Source of the DNA: an uncultured Gammaproteobacteria bacterium
GTDB taxonomy: Bacteria; Patescibacteriota; Microgenomatia; Levybacterales; GWA1-39-11
Assembly: GCA_964409875.1 (NCBI GenBank)
Contig: CAYPEN010000002.1
Span: 1,067-65,066, forward strand
Reading direction: 5' to 3'
Length of the DNA: 64,000 bases
The position numbers and the translations under genes were made by a program. Positions 18,249-28,822 of this stretch are shown in pieces; positions within the stretch are counted from its first letter, which is position 1; each line of letters opens with the position of its first letter. The notes under the pieces were generated by a model, which did no database searches, had not been told where the DNA came from, and saw nothing but the letters and a program-made list of their open reading frames with translations.

Positions 18249-18347
18249 TAGCTAATAGTCGATAGACAATAGGTAATAGAAAGAGCTAGTTTGAGTTATT
18301 GAACCAATTTAGCTATTAGCTATAAACTATTAACTATAAATTAAATT

Positions 18348-19346
18348 ATGTCTACTGCTCGGAAGTGCAAAACTAAATATTTGGCAAAAAGTGGCCTCAT
18401 TTATCTGGTCATATCTTTTGGCCTCATATTGAGCGCAAAAATGATTTTTGCGCAACAGCAGCAGACCATCCGCACTATCACCATTGTTCCCCCATCCGTT
18501 GACTCAAAGTCCGACCCGGGTGACAAAAAAGAAGGAATCTTAAAAGTTGTTAATTCAAGCGACCAACCACTTACTTTTAAGGCACAGGTCAAGGATTTTG
18601 TTGTGGAAGATACTGTCGGAACCCCTCATATTCTCCCCGACAACACTTTATCCAAAAAATACTCAGCTTCATCCTGGATTGCTGTCGTTCCTGACACTTT
18701 TACTATCCAACCTGGTAAAACACAACAGTTAAATTACTATCTTCAAGTTCCGGCTGATGCACGTCCAGGAGGCCACTATGCAGCAATTGTCTATGAGCCC
18801 CAGGAGTTAATAGGTGTTCAAGGAACAGGAACTGGCGTTGAAACGCACGTTGGTACCCTCTTCTATGTAAGGGTTAATGGCACTATTGTTGAGAATGCAA
18901 CTGTCAAAAAATTTGTGGCAGACCCATCGATAGCCGAATATGGTCCTGCTACAATCAAGACGCAAATCATAAACTATAGTGACTCACACATCCGACCTAT
19001 TGGAACAGTTTCAGTCAAAAATCTACTCGGCCAAATGGTTTACAGCGAAAAACTGGAAGAGCACAATATCTTTCCTGAGGCAACGCGTGACTTTACAACA
19101 ACTATCGGCAAAAAGCTGATGTTTGGGCCATATACAGCAGAACTTAAGGCAAATTACGGGACCAACAACAACCTCACACTTTTTGCAACGACTACATTCT
19201 TTATTTTCCCATGGAAGATTGTATCTGTTGCCCTCCTTGCAATAGTTGCTCTTATTCTCTTCTTCATCTTCTGGAGAAAGAACAAGAAAAAGAATACGCC
19301 TGTTGCTGCTCCTCAGCCTCAAATGCCTCAACAACCGGTTGCTTAA
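18348..19346 (+). CDS. DUF916/DUF3324-like (WxL-interacting) membrane-anchored protein
   Basis: LQVPADARPGGHYAAI motif, second Ig-like domain, C-terminal TM with KKNKKK tail. Confidence 0.7.
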   Translation: MSTARKCKTKYLAKSGLIYLVISFGLILSAKMIFAQQQQTIRTITIVPPSVDSKSDPGDKKEGILKVVNSSDQPLTFKAQVKDFVVEDTVGTPHILPDNTLSKKYSASSWIAVVPDTFTIQPGKTQQLNYYLQVPADARPGGHYAAIVYEPQELIGVQGTGTGVETHVGTLFYVRVNGTIVENATVKKFVADPSIAEYGPATIKTQIINYSDSHIRPIGTVSVKNLLGQMVYSEKLEEHNIFPEATRDFTTTIGKKLMFGPYTAELKANYGTNNNLTLFATTTFFIFPWKIVSVALLAIVALILFFIFWRKNKKKNTPVAAPQPQMPQQPVA

Positions 19347-19410
19347 CATAGGCGTGACACAAAACTCTTATTTGACAATTCTTGTTGAAATTGGCTTAAA
19401 TGGAAGATGT

Positions 19411-20871
19411 ATGAAATTTGTAGCGCAAGTTGTCTTTGTAGTGGTTTTTATTCTTTTGTTCATGTCTGTTGCCAAAACCGAGGCTGCTTCTTTAACCAGC
19501 GCAAACGATACACTCTCAACATCACGCCCTTCTCCTTCAAGCCCTCTGAATGCGAATGCATCCTCATCTGACGGTTCTTTGACTATCTTTGACAACGGCT
19601 CACGGTATTTGGCTTCCGATTCAGGAATACTGATACAAAAAGGGACAACCAATATTATAAAAACAGGCATTCCTATTGCATCTCAATCCTCAACGCTTAC
19701 TTCAGTGTACCTCAGCGGCACCGTGGGTGCCGGAGCCGGAGCGGGAGCAGATGTATTGATAGTTCCTATTACGGCGATGCATACAGTGCAATTTACGGCT
19801 GCAACCACAATTCCTATCGGAGGAACTATCGTCATTACCTTTCCCGGTTCGGCGAATAATACTGCTTCTCCTTCAGCATCCACCTTTGCTTTTAACAATC
19901 TTTCAACCGGAAATATAAAGGCAAATTTTTCGGCTGGGACAGGAGCCTGTACTTTCAGTGTAAATGCTCCTACCGTAACATGTACTGTCGGAACAGGTGC
20001 TGTCACTGCCGGAACAATTGTAACTATACTTATTGGATGCTCTTTAAATTCAGGTTCAAGCTGCACTACTCAAGTACCCACCCTCATCAATCCTACAAAA
20101 GGGAACCAAACAGCAGGTGCTGCTGATGTCTGGAAAATAAACATTAAGACAACAGATGGAGTCAGCGACCTTGATACTGCTACTGTATCGGTAGGAACAA
20201 TAGAATCAGTAACAGTACGTGCAAACATTGACCCTTCCCTCACTTTTACCATTACCGGGGTAAATAATGGAACGGCAGTCAACAACGGCAACACAACAGG
20301 CTGCCTTCAGACGGAAACGACCAATACAGGCATAAATGCTACTGCTACCGAGGTAAACCTAGGAACACTTTCCAATTCCCCTACAGCTACAGATACAAAA
20401 GTAGGAAATATTGCTGCCCAGCTTATCACTATTTCGACAAATGCTGCCAACGGATATGTTTTGACGGCTACCTCATCCGGCCACCTACGAAATCCGTCTA
20501 CTGGCTATTTCCTGACAGATAACACGACTCCTCAAGTCTTTCCGGCAAGTGGTGCAAACTTTTTTGGATTCCATGCCTGTGGGCTTGATACGTACAATTC
20601 AGATATTGGAACAACATTTTGGAATTCTACAGCTTCAAATACTGCGTGCAACAGTTATATCAACGGCTCAACCGGTAATATTTGCAAATACGGCTGGCCT
20701 ACCACTGTGTCTCAAATATTATTGGCATCAGACACAACAGGTCCAATAGGAAATTCGCTTGTGGCCGGAAATGGACTCACTTCGGTCTCTTACGCAGCCG
20801 GAGCTGATGCAGGAGTACCTCCAGGACAATATTCTACGGTTGTAACGTACGTTGCAACCCCAGCATTCTGA
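19411..20871 (+). CDS. Secreted protein with WxL-like C-terminal domain (paralog 2)
   Basis: Colinear with 16785-18248; start set at MKFVAQV; ends YVATPAF. Confidence 0.7.
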   Translation: MKFVAQVVFVVVFILLFMSVAKTEAASLTSANDTLSTSRPSPSSPLNANASSSDGSLTIFDNGSRYLASDSGILIQKGTTNIIKTGIPIASQSSTLTSVYLSGTVGAGAGAGADVLIVPITAMHTVQFTAATTIPIGGTIVITFPGSANNTASPSASTFAFNNLSTGNIKANFSAGTGACTFSVNAPTVTCTVGTGAVTAGTIVTILIGCSLNSGSSCTTQVPTLINPTKGNQTAGAADVWKINIKTTDGVSDLDTATVSVGTIESVTVRANIDPSLTFTITGVNNGTAVNNGNTTGCLQTETTNTGINATATEVNLGTLSNSPTATDTKVGNIAAQLITISTNAANGYVLTATSSGHLRNPSTGYFLTDNTTPQVFPASGANFFGFHACGLDTYNSDIGTTFWNSTASNTACNSYINGSTGNICKYGWPTTVSQILLASDTTGPIGNSLVAGNGLTSVSYAAGADAGVPPGQYSTVVTYVATPAF

Positions 20872-20930
20872 TTGGTATTTAGTATCTGCCATATACAACA
20901 TACCAGATACTAAATACTAACCATTCTCTC

Positions 20931-22637
20931 CTAGTTCATCATTGTTTTTGGTTGAGAAACATATTGAGGTGAATGAAATGGCAATGTGACGAACACTGAT
21001 GTTCCTTCACCTACAGTTGAATTAAGCCATATCTTTCCATCGTGCTCACCTACAATCGCCTTTGAAATATAAAGTCCCAACCCGGTTCCTTTTGCCCGAT
21101 TGTGATAGTTAGCCTGTATAAAAGGCCTGAAAAGGCCCTCAATTTTCTCCCTTTCTATCCCACTTCCATGGTCTTTTACTTCAATTTCTACCGAACCTTC
21201 TTTTTTTCTACTATATACTTCGACTATCGTGTGCTCTTCTGAGAATTTGATTGCGTTGGACAACAAATTTACGATTACCTGCCCTATTCTAAGAGGATCA
21301 AAGGCAAAGACGGGTATCGTATCATCCAAGTGATTTTCCAGCAAAATTGCCCTACTGGAAGCGGCATAGGACAATTCTTCAGTGGCTTTTCTTATAACAT
21401 CATTAATATTTGCATCACTTTTTTGAATAGTAAGCTTTCCTGCCTCAATTTTGGCACTATCCAACATATCATCAATGTCTTCAAGAAGCCTTTCAGATGC
21501 GCTTTTAATGATAAGCCGCATTTTTACTTTATCCTCTTCATGTGTTTGTGAGTCCATGAGTAAATCCGCAGCACCTTTAATCGCGGTCAGTGGCGCCCTC
21601 AGTTCATGAATCATCATGTTGGTGAAAGCCTCCCTCATTTTCCTGACTTCAGCCTCACGCGTCACATCTTGCATTGTCAAGGCTACACCGATAATTCTAT
21701 CGCTCTTGTAAGAAAAGACAGGTGTAACATAAATATTGAATTTGAGGCCATGTATGTCAATATCGCGGTATATCGTACTCTTTTTCTGGAATATGACATC
21801 TTTCATTTCTGAAATAAGGTTAGGCTTGAGGTTAAAACTTGAGAGGACTTTTATGAGCTCAGGGTTGGCTTCGGAAATTTTCAAAAACCTCAGAGCTGCA
21901 TGATTGATAGTCGCAAGGGTTAATCCCTCACGCTCAAGCGTAAAGAATATTTCTCCTGATGTGAGACTTTTGACGAGCGATTCGACTTTGCCTTTTTCTG
22001 TCTCAATAACGTATTCCAGCCGGCCTATCGCAAGCTGTGCTTTATTTACGATTTTATACATCATACTCATATCCTCCTCCTGATATGCCCGGAGGTTTTT
22101 TGATGTAATATTGATGATTCCGGTAAAACGGTTGTTGAGAACCAGTGGAATGTTAAAATAACTAAGGGGAAGCGCATCATATTGTATCGAAGTGTCTACT
22201 AGTAACTCAGCTTGTGGGTCGATATGAGCCCCTTTTGCCTTTTCCACAATCGGCATATTTTTAAGGGTTTCGTCTATTCCATATACTCCTTGCAGGACCG
22301 ACTCTCTCACTCCGTGAATGTACTGGGGACCGACATTTTCGTGTGTCGTTGTCACCAATTCTAAATGGTCAGTCTCTATAATCGCATACGAAACCGAGGT
22401 GACTTGGAAGATTTTTTCGACCGTTGCAGCAATGGTAGATGCAATATCCCTAGAAGAAAGCGAATATCCTATCTTCTCGGACAATTCGCTCAAAATTGTG
22501 AGTTCAAACAATTCACGGGCTTTATCACGCTTCTCTTTGTGATATTTTTCTCGGGTATTTTTAAGCTCAAAATAGAAGTATACCGCTGTCAAAAACGCAA
22601 TCAAAAACCCGAACATAAAAAAACTTTCCCAGAACAT
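20931..22637 (-). CDS. Sensor histidine kinase (TM, GAF-like, PAS-like, HisKA, HATPase)
   Basis: HELRAPLTAI, NLLSNAIKF, DHGSGI, GTGLGL boxes. Confidence 0.92.
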   Translation of the reverse strand: MFWESFFMFGFLIAFLTAVYFYFELKNTREKYHKEKRDKARELFELTILSELSEKIGYSLSSRDIASTIAATVEKIFQVTSVSYAIIETDHLELVTTTHENVGPQYIHGVRESVLQGVYGIDETLKNMPIVEKAKGAHIDPQAELLVDTSIQYDALPLSYFNIPLVLNNRFTGIINITSKNLRAYQEEDMSMMYKIVNKAQLAIGRLEYVIETEKGKVESLVKSLTSGEIFFTLEREGLTLATINHAALRFLKISEANPELIKVLSSFNLKPNLISEMKDVIFQKKSTIYRDIDIHGLKFNIYVTPVFSYKSDRIIGVALTMQDVTREAEVRKMREAFTNMMIHELRAPLTAIKGAADLLMDSQTHEEDKVKMRLIIKSASERLLEDIDDMLDSAKIEAGKLTIQKSDANINDVIRKATEELSYAASSRAILLENHLDDTIPVFAFDPLRIGQVIVNLLSNAIKFSEEHTIVEVYSRKKEGSVEIEVKDHGSGIEREKIEGLFRPFIQANYHNRAKGTGLGLYISKAIVGEHDGKIWLNSTVGEGTSVFVTLPFHSPQYVSQPKTMMN

Positions 22638-22700
22638 ATTTCTAGAATATAGAATTTTGAATTATGAAGCAAGAAGCTAGGAGGTATGGAAAGAGAAAAA

Positions 22701-23042
22701 CTACTTGGTTAAATTCTCAAGTTTGTCGATGGTTCTTTTGCTTCCGATAACGATAATGTACATTCCAATGACAAAACATGCGCCTTTTATAAGAAATACT
22801 CCTACCGAATACACACTACTGTAGCTTATTTGAAGATATGAATTGAGTGCATCAACAATTATTCCCATGGCCAAGAAAAGAACTCCTGTTCCAATAGTCT
22901 TAAAACCATGCGCCAGAATGCCTGAACCGAATTTCTTTGTGACTTGATACATAATGACCGCGGCCGCAATAGCCGCAAAAGCTGCTATGAATGAAATTCC
23001 ATTCACAACAATGGTTAAAAACTGTACGCTATTAAATTGCAT
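22701..23042 (-). CDS. Small three-TM membrane protein in the two-component operon
   Basis: Three hydrophobic helices. Confidence 0.7.
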   Translation of the reverse strand: MQFNSVQFLTIVVNGISFIAAFAAIAAAVIMYQVTKKFGSGILAHGFKTIGTGVLFLAMGIIVDALNSYLQISYSSVYSVGVFLIKGACFVIGMYIIVIGSKRTIDKLENLTK

Positions 23043-23082
23043 ATATTAATAATATCTGAAAACTTTCTCAACTTGCAATCTC

Positions 23083-23709
23083 TTACACCTGTGCCTGTGT
23101 TGGTTGAGCAGTAGGTTGAGTCTCCGTTGATAATGGCGCATTCGCAAGTTCTTCGAGTGCTTTGTTCAAGTCCTGCATCTCTTGTGAGGTAAATGGTTGT
23201 GGACCACTCACTGATTTTTCGTTATTTTCTGATTTTGTATCCAATCCATCAAAATGAACAGCAGTCATGGGAGGAGGCTCATGAGGGACTGATGAAGATA
23301 CAACAGTATCATTTGGAGTAGAAGTTTGAGCGGTAGTTTGGGATGCTGGAATTGAGCTTGTCGTAGCTTGCACTGATATACTAGGGGTAGGTTGTTGTGT
23401 TGAGGATTGTAAACCTCCTCCAAAAGCAGTTGAGGTCGCCATGGCCATCATCCCCGGATAACTTGTCAAAATTGATTCCATCGTTTTTTTGACTATCATA
23501 CCTGAAAGCTCCACAAACTGGTTTATCAGCCCCTGAAGCATTTGCTGTGGGTCACCTTCAAGCTTGATTACATCCCCATTTACGTCCACTGTTAATCCGA
23601 TTACATTTTTTACTTTTGCAAGGGTAATATCAGGACCCAAAACGAGCATCTGCTTTTTAATCAACTCGGAGAAAAGTTTTTTGTAGTCTGTATCGCTATT
23701 GGGCATCAT
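23083..23709 (-). CDS. Hypothetical protein with low-complexity C-terminus
   Basis: 208 aa ORF between the receiver and kinase genes. Confidence 0.7.
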   Translation of the reverse strand: MMPNSDTDYKKLFSELIKKQMLVLGPDITLAKVKNVIGLTVDVNGDVIKLEGDPQQMLQGLINQFVELSGMIVKKTMESILTSYPGMMAMATSTAFGGGLQSSTQQPTPSISVQATTSSIPASQTTAQTSTPNDTVVSSSVPHEPPPMTAVHFDGLDTKSENNEKSVSGPQPFTSQEMQDLNKALEELANAPLSTETQPTAQPTQAQV

Positions 23710-23821
23710 ATGGACAGGTAATGCAAATTTTTAAATTCAAATTTACAATTTTTAATTATAAGTGAAGTTCTAAAATTTAATCATTTGAATTTGATTAAAA
23801 ATTTAAAATTTCAAATTATTA

Positions 23822-24193
23822 TCATTCCCCAAGTATCCCTTTGACCTTTTTCAAAAGATCTTCATGGGAAATTTGGTATTTTAAAATGTAATCAATAGCT
23901 CCCCTATTTAATGACTCCTTTACTAGCTCGTCATGAGAAAAATTTGTAAGCATCGCAACCGGCACTTTTGCGGTAGCAGGGTCATCTTTTATCGCCTTCA
24001 GAGCATCCGTTCCACTCATATCAGGCATCATCTGATCCATGAGAATGAGATCAAAGTTGCCTGTTTTTGAGATAGATACTGCTGACGTGCCATTATTTGC
24101 GATTGTCACCTCAAAACCGCCTTGCTTGAGAACCGTTTCAAAAACTGTTGCTGTATCCTGCTCGTCGTCCACGAGAAGTATTTTCTTAGACAT
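23822..24193 (-). CDS. Single-domain response regulator receiver
   Basis: ILLVDDE, DLILMDQMMPDMSG, MLTN, YILK. Confidence 0.92.
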   Translation of the reverse strand: MSKKILLVDDEQDTATVFETVLKQGGFEVTIANNGTSAVSISKTGNFDLILMDQMMPDMSGTDALKAIKDDPATAKVPVAMLTNFSHDELVKESLNRGAIDYILKYQISHEDLLKKVKGILGE

Positions 24194-24322
24194 AACTTCA
24201 GGCTATCAAGTATTGTGTAAAAAATCAAGCCCTACTGAAAGGAAAAATCCGAAAGATACACAAGCAAACGTAACCTATACTATAAGCTTGCATTTTGAGG
24301 CTGAAAACTGTATAATATCTGT

Positions 24323-26638
24323 ATGTCACGTCCAGAAGTTGCATTAAATCTTCGTCCTGAATATGTTGAGCCTCAGCCTTCATTTGAAGCGGGATCTGTG
24401 AGAATTACGCATATATCCGATGCTCCACAGGGGATCCAGTTTGAAACTACTGGAAAGCTTAGGCGTGGCCAATTAAGAAACAAACCATTTCATGAACTTA
24501 TCCCTCTTGATTCAGAGCTCGGGCAAACTGTAAGTCAGAAAACGAGGGCTGACGTTGATTTTGCCCTCACTAAGGCTCTTGGCGAAATACCCACAACCCT
24601 CTCAACTGAAAATGAGAACTACGACAACGCACAACAAGCGCTACATTACCATGACACTGAAAAACTAAAAGCCCTCCTCTCCCCAGAGGAATTTGAGGCA
24701 CACATTTCTGAAAAGCGGGCACTTGAGGCTAGAAAAGCAAGGGTTAACAAAATTCATTCAATGACAGATGAGGAAAGAAGAAAGTTTATGGATATCTATG
24801 CCTCGATGCACAAACTTGGCATTCGGTTCCCTCAATATGATAAAGAAACAGATACATTCAAGGGTGAAATTGTAGGTATTCCTTATTGGTTCTATAAATT
24901 GCTTTCTGAGCCTCGGCTCGGGAATGAAATCGTAAATTTGGGCGCAATAGGAGCAGGAACTTTAAATCTTATTACCGCTGATGGAAAAGTAATCAAGCAA
25001 ACGAGAGCAAAAAGTAATGGAAAATTCCAAAGAGATTTAGGCAACAGCGCGTCAGGACTGCAAGACATAGCTTTCAATCATGGAGAAAAGGGACATGCGA
25101 TGGGAGAATCTGACACTACTCTTAAAAGAGGCAACTTGAAAGAATTGAGTGAAGAGATAGGAATTAAGCCTGACGTTGTTACTCATGGTATTGAATCAGT
25201 CGGCACGCAAGATATTCTTGAGTCTGCAAAAGACAAGCTGTTCGCCGAAACACTTGAACAAAATGATCTTGATAAAAAAATTGTACTTTCTGACTTTAAG
25301 ATCCTTGGTACCGCCGAGGATCCTTTGAGTCCGCATGATGAGTTTTTGATGTTTGCAAGAATCAACCTTACTGCACAGGAAGTTATTGATAGAGCGAGAC
25401 ACGCTAGACGCCATGCAAAGAAAAGTGACCGAGACTTTGCCGAACATTTTATTGTCATGGATGCCACTCCGGAAGCCTTTGAGAAAGTCCTTACCGATCC
25501 AAATTTCCAGGATTCCCCTCCAACACACGCTGCCTGCGATATTGTAACAGGCCGTTATCTTATGATGGAGCGTGAAGGTGTTGGAGCCGCTAACCAATGG
25601 CTTGAACAGTTGAAGCCAAAAATGGATGACGCATGGGCAACAAGCATAGCAAAAAGAAAAGAATTCTTTGCAAATCATCCCGAGGTTGTTGCTCAAAATC
25701 CGAATATTGACCTTGAGAAATACGACCCGAATTTTGATGATGTTACAAATGGGTTTAGACCCCTTGAAGAGCGTATCCTTGAAGCAGGAATTGAAGCAGA
25801 TATAGAACGTACTTATGAAAAAGCATACATGTTTGACTGTGATGGAGTTCTAACTGACCTTGATAGCCAGGAGCTGAGATATACCGAAATTTTGGATAGA
25901 ACTATTGCCCTTCTTGATAATAACGCAGTTTCTCTTTGTAGCGGACGCCCTTCAAAATGGATTATTGATGAACTACTTAACCCACTTATTCATCGCATTG
26001 ACGAAACACAAAAAAGCAGAGATTTACTCAAAAATTTGGTCGTAATTGCCGAATCTGGAGGAGTTATTGTTGAAATCGATAACCAAGGAGAACTTAAAAG
26101 TTACAAGGATACTGCCCACTCCGTACCGACAAATATGCAGGACATTATCCGCACCCTCATAGATGTGAAATATGGAAACGCGATTAAATTTGATGAGGAT
26201 AAAGAAAGCATGGCAACAGCCGTGAAGCGCCGGGAGGCAACAAAGGACGAGTTTGAAAAAGCTCGTGTATCTTTCATGAAAGACGCAGAATTACTGTTAA
26301 AACAGTATCTTGAATCTGGTGATTACACTATGGACCCTACTGCTATAGCTGTAGATTTCAAACATAAGGACGTTGACAAAAGGCGGGCTGCTGAATTTTT
26401 TGTCGACTCCCTAAGACGTAAAGGTATATCCGTAAAGAGATTTGAAGTCGTTGGAGATAGCTCCTCCGATATTCTAATGGCAGTTGGACTCGAGCAAGAA
26501 GGTAAAATTGTGTCCTATCAACACGTTGGCAAAGATCCAATTGAAAATCCGGAACAGTATACTTTCCCGGTTATCCACAGGTTAAGAACCAACGATCAAC
26601 TCATGCTTGATTACCTCCGTGAACAAACGTCCGCTTAA
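24323..26638 (+). CDS. Fusion of a Nudix-like domain and a HAD-IIB phosphatase
   Basis: KELSEEIGI Nudix-like helix; HAD motifs FDCDGVL, SGR, DK, GDSSSD; TATAAT 6 nt before the ATG. Confidence 0.7.
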   Translation: MSRPEVALNLRPEYVEPQPSFEAGSVRITHISDAPQGIQFETTGKLRRGQLRNKPFHELIPLDSELGQTVSQKTRADVDFALTKALGEIPTTLSTENENYDNAQQALHYHDTEKLKALLSPEEFEAHISEKRALEARKARVNKIHSMTDEERRKFMDIYASMHKLGIRFPQYDKETDTFKGEIVGIPYWFYKLLSEPRLGNEIVNLGAIGAGTLNLITADGKVIKQTRAKSNGKFQRDLGNSASGLQDIAFNHGEKGHAMGESDTTLKRGNLKELSEEIGIKPDVVTHGIESVGTQDILESAKDKLFAETLEQNDLDKKIVLSDFKILGTAEDPLSPHDEFLMFARINLTAQEVIDRARHARRHAKKSDRDFAEHFIVMDATPEAFEKVLTDPNFQDSPPTHAACDIVTGRYLMMEREGVGAANQWLEQLKPKMDDAWATSIAKRKEFFANHPEVVAQNPNIDLEKYDPNFDDVTNGFRPLEERILEAGIEADIERTYEKAYMFDCDGVLTDLDSQELRYTEILDRTIALLDNNAVSLCSGRPSKWIIDELLNPLIHRIDETQKSRDLLKNLVVIAESGGVIVEIDNQGELKSYKDTAHSVPTNMQDIIRTLIDVKYGNAIKFDEDKESMATAVKRREATKDEFEKARVSFMKDAELLLKQYLESGDYTMDPTAIAVDFKHKDVDKRRAAEFFVDSLRRKGISVKRFEVVGDSSSDILMAVGLEQEGKIVSYQHVGKDPIENPEQYTFPVIHRLRTNDQLMLDYLREQTSA

Positions 26639-27480
26639 TTTTTTACCCACCACTTTACTCCATCGGAAATAATTTCTACGTCGCCTTTGAGCGTATTTCT
26701 AGTGGGGATACCATGCTGTTGTAACAGCTTTATGACTTCAGGAGCAGGATGATGATACCGGTTGTGATAGCCGTAGGAAAGAACTGCCAACTTTGGAACC
26801 AAATGCTGAAATGTAAATTCATCCACTCCAGTTTTTGAACCATGATGAGGTGGTTTAAACACATCAAGACTATCTATCAGGGGCATAATTGAGTTCAAAT
26901 ATGTCGATGGTATATCACCATCTAATAAAGCCCTAAATTTGTTATACCGAACCATCTGTACCAATGAGTAATCATTTGTGTCTTTACTCTTCTGATTGAG
27001 AAATTCCTGCGTTGGCCAAAATGTATCAATAGTGATCCCATCAGGAGATTTCAAAACGTCACCCCTAAAAACATAATGCACGGGTATATTTTCTTTTTTT
27101 AATATTTTCATCAACTCCTCATAAACACCTGTGTCTTTTGGAGCTTTTGACGTTCCAAAAAATGATACATTATAGGATTTTATAACTCCGATAAGACCTG
27201 TTAAATGGTCGGCATCAGGATGAGTCATAAAAACCGCTTCAATTTTTCTATCCCAAAATGGCAGATGACGGGAAAGACACTTTGTCATTGAATTTTCTCG
27301 TGGTCCTCCATCAATAATGACATCAATTCCTTGAGGACTCCTTATCAATATGCCGTCCCCTTGACCGACGTTACAAAAAATTAGATGAAAATTGTTATCA
27401 GAGAACCTCACCAAGTGATAGCTACTAAAAAGTGCTAAAACGGCACATGATAACAGCAAAAACATCAAAATTCGCCTCAT
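26635..27480 (-). CDS. ComEC/Rec2-type metallo-beta-lactamase-fold protein (split ComEC C-terminal part)
   Basis: NVGQGDG, IDGG, THPDADH, GD, HHGSK, NRYHHP. Confidence 0.9.
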   Translation of the reverse strand: MRRILMFLLLSCAVLALFSSYHLVRFSDNNFHLIFCNVGQGDGILIRSPQGIDVIIDGGPRENSMTKCLSRHLPFWDRKIEAVFMTHPDADHLTGLIGVIKSYNVSFFGTSKAPKDTGVYEELMKILKKENIPVHYVFRGDVLKSPDGITIDTFWPTQEFLNQKSKDTNDYSLVQMVRYNKFRALLDGDIPSTYLNSIMPLIDSLDVFKPPHHGSKTGVDEFTFQHLVPKLAVLSYGYHNRYHHPAPEVIKLLQQHGIPTRNTLKGDVEIISDGVKWWVKN

Positions 27481-28694
27481 TTTATTTTTACTCTGCTCTT
27501 ACTTACCTGAATTACTAATGCAAACAATATCAAATAGTAACCTCCAACAAGTGTTGCTGGGAGATTATCGACAGAAATCTGACTACCCAAGCCTGAGAAG
27601 AATACTATTATACCGGTAAAGTACGCCAAAAATGGATAACATAGGAGCATAAACGGCAATGCGAGCGTAGGAGAAATAATGGAGACAATTGCGCCTATCC
27701 CGCCAAAAATCATAATAACCGGTATGGTCCATAGAACCAAGATGTTGATAGGAAATGAAAGCAATGAATACGCTCCAAATGAGGCCAACATCACAGGAAA
27801 TGTTGCTATCTGAGCCGAAAGTGTAGTTGTTATATCATCTTTGATAAAAGCTACACGCCGCCACGTGCCTAGTCCATCCAATATTGGTTTTATTGTGAGT
27901 ATCCCCAACGTTGAAAGAAATGAAAGCTGGAATGAAATGTCGGCAATCTCACCCGGCTGGAAAAATACCATACCCCAAGCAGTAAGAAACAACGCATACA
28001 GACTGCTTGTTTGCCTCCCTGCAAGTTGCCCTGCAAATGCCATAATTGCCATGACCGCAGCTCTTACAATGGGCGGGTCAAATCCGGTCAGGGTGGCATA
28101 TCCCATAATCCCCAAAATCGTGAAAAGTAATGCAAGTTTTCTTTTCACAAGCCTCAAAAAAATTGCTAAAAGAAGTCCCGCGGCGATACTTACATTTTGT
28201 CCTGAGGCTGCGATGACGTGCAAAACTCCCGCCTTTTTAAGAAGCGCATAATACTCATTATCTATCTTGTCCCGCACTCCCAAAACAACACCTAACAATA
28301 GTCCCGCTTCCCTTTCCGGCAACACCTTAATCGCCGCCTCCTCGACCCTTTCTCTTATAAATTTTGATAGTAAAAGTACGACATCCGTTTTCTCGATTTT
28401 TGATATAACCGGATTTTGGACAACCAAAAGCTCTCCTTTGTCACTCTTCTTTTTGGAAATGATACCATCTATAGACACCGTATCCCCATACCGGTATGTC
28501 GGATACAAAGCCGTTGTTACCATTATCCCGTCGACAAAAAAGTACTGGGAGTGGTTATTCTTCTTCGGTTCGTGAGTTATGCTATAGGTTTTTTTGAATG
28601 GCTCGTTTTCTCTATAAATATGCCGCTCATTAAAATAGAAAAACTCCCGTGTTGTAAGCAACAAAAGAAGAATAAAAATAAATAAATACTTCAT
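27477..28694 (-). CDS. comEC: ComEC competence membrane protein
   Basis: GVLHVIAASGQNV, PPIVRAAVM, SFQLSF; start set at MKYLFIF (upstream extension is a repeat element). Confidence 0.9.
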   Translation of the reverse strand: MKYLFIFILLLLLTTREFFYFNERHIYRENEPFKKTYSITHEPKKNNHSQYFFVDGIMVTTALYPTYRYGDTVSIDGIISKKKSDKGELLVVQNPVISKIEKTDVVLLLSKFIRERVEEAAIKVLPEREAGLLLGVVLGVRDKIDNEYYALLKKAGVLHVIAASGQNVSIAAGLLLAIFLRLVKRKLALLFTILGIMGYATLTGFDPPIVRAAVMAIMAFAGQLAGRQTSSLYALFLTAWGMVFFQPGEIADISFQLSFLSTLGILTIKPILDGLGTWRRVAFIKDDITTTLSAQIATFPVMLASFGAYSLLSFPINILVLWTIPVIMIFGGIGAIVSIISPTLALPFMLLCYPFLAYFTGIIVFFSGLGSQISVDNLPATLVGGYYLILFALVIQVSKSRVKIK

Positions 28695-28701
28695 ATAGAT
28701 G

Positions 28702-28816
28702 TGGGGTGGCGCGACTGGGCCCAGTTGAGAACCTAACGCAAGCGAACCCATAATCTTCTCATAAGTAGAGCGGGCGGCAAGGCTTGCAAACTGGGTGCAG
28801 GAGCGACAGGACCTCA
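28702..28816. repeat. GGGGTGGC...GACAGGACCTCA element, copy 3 (between comEA and comEC)
   Basis: Same termini as copies 1 and 2; stem CCCAGTT/AACTGGG at the equivalent position. Confidence 0.7.
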
Positions 28817-28822
28817 CCGATT

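Noticed and set aside
16785-20871. Diversity-generating retroelement or shufflon behind the paralogous surface genes
   Set aside because: No reverse transcriptase or invertase in the window, and no adenine-specific TR/VR pair seen.
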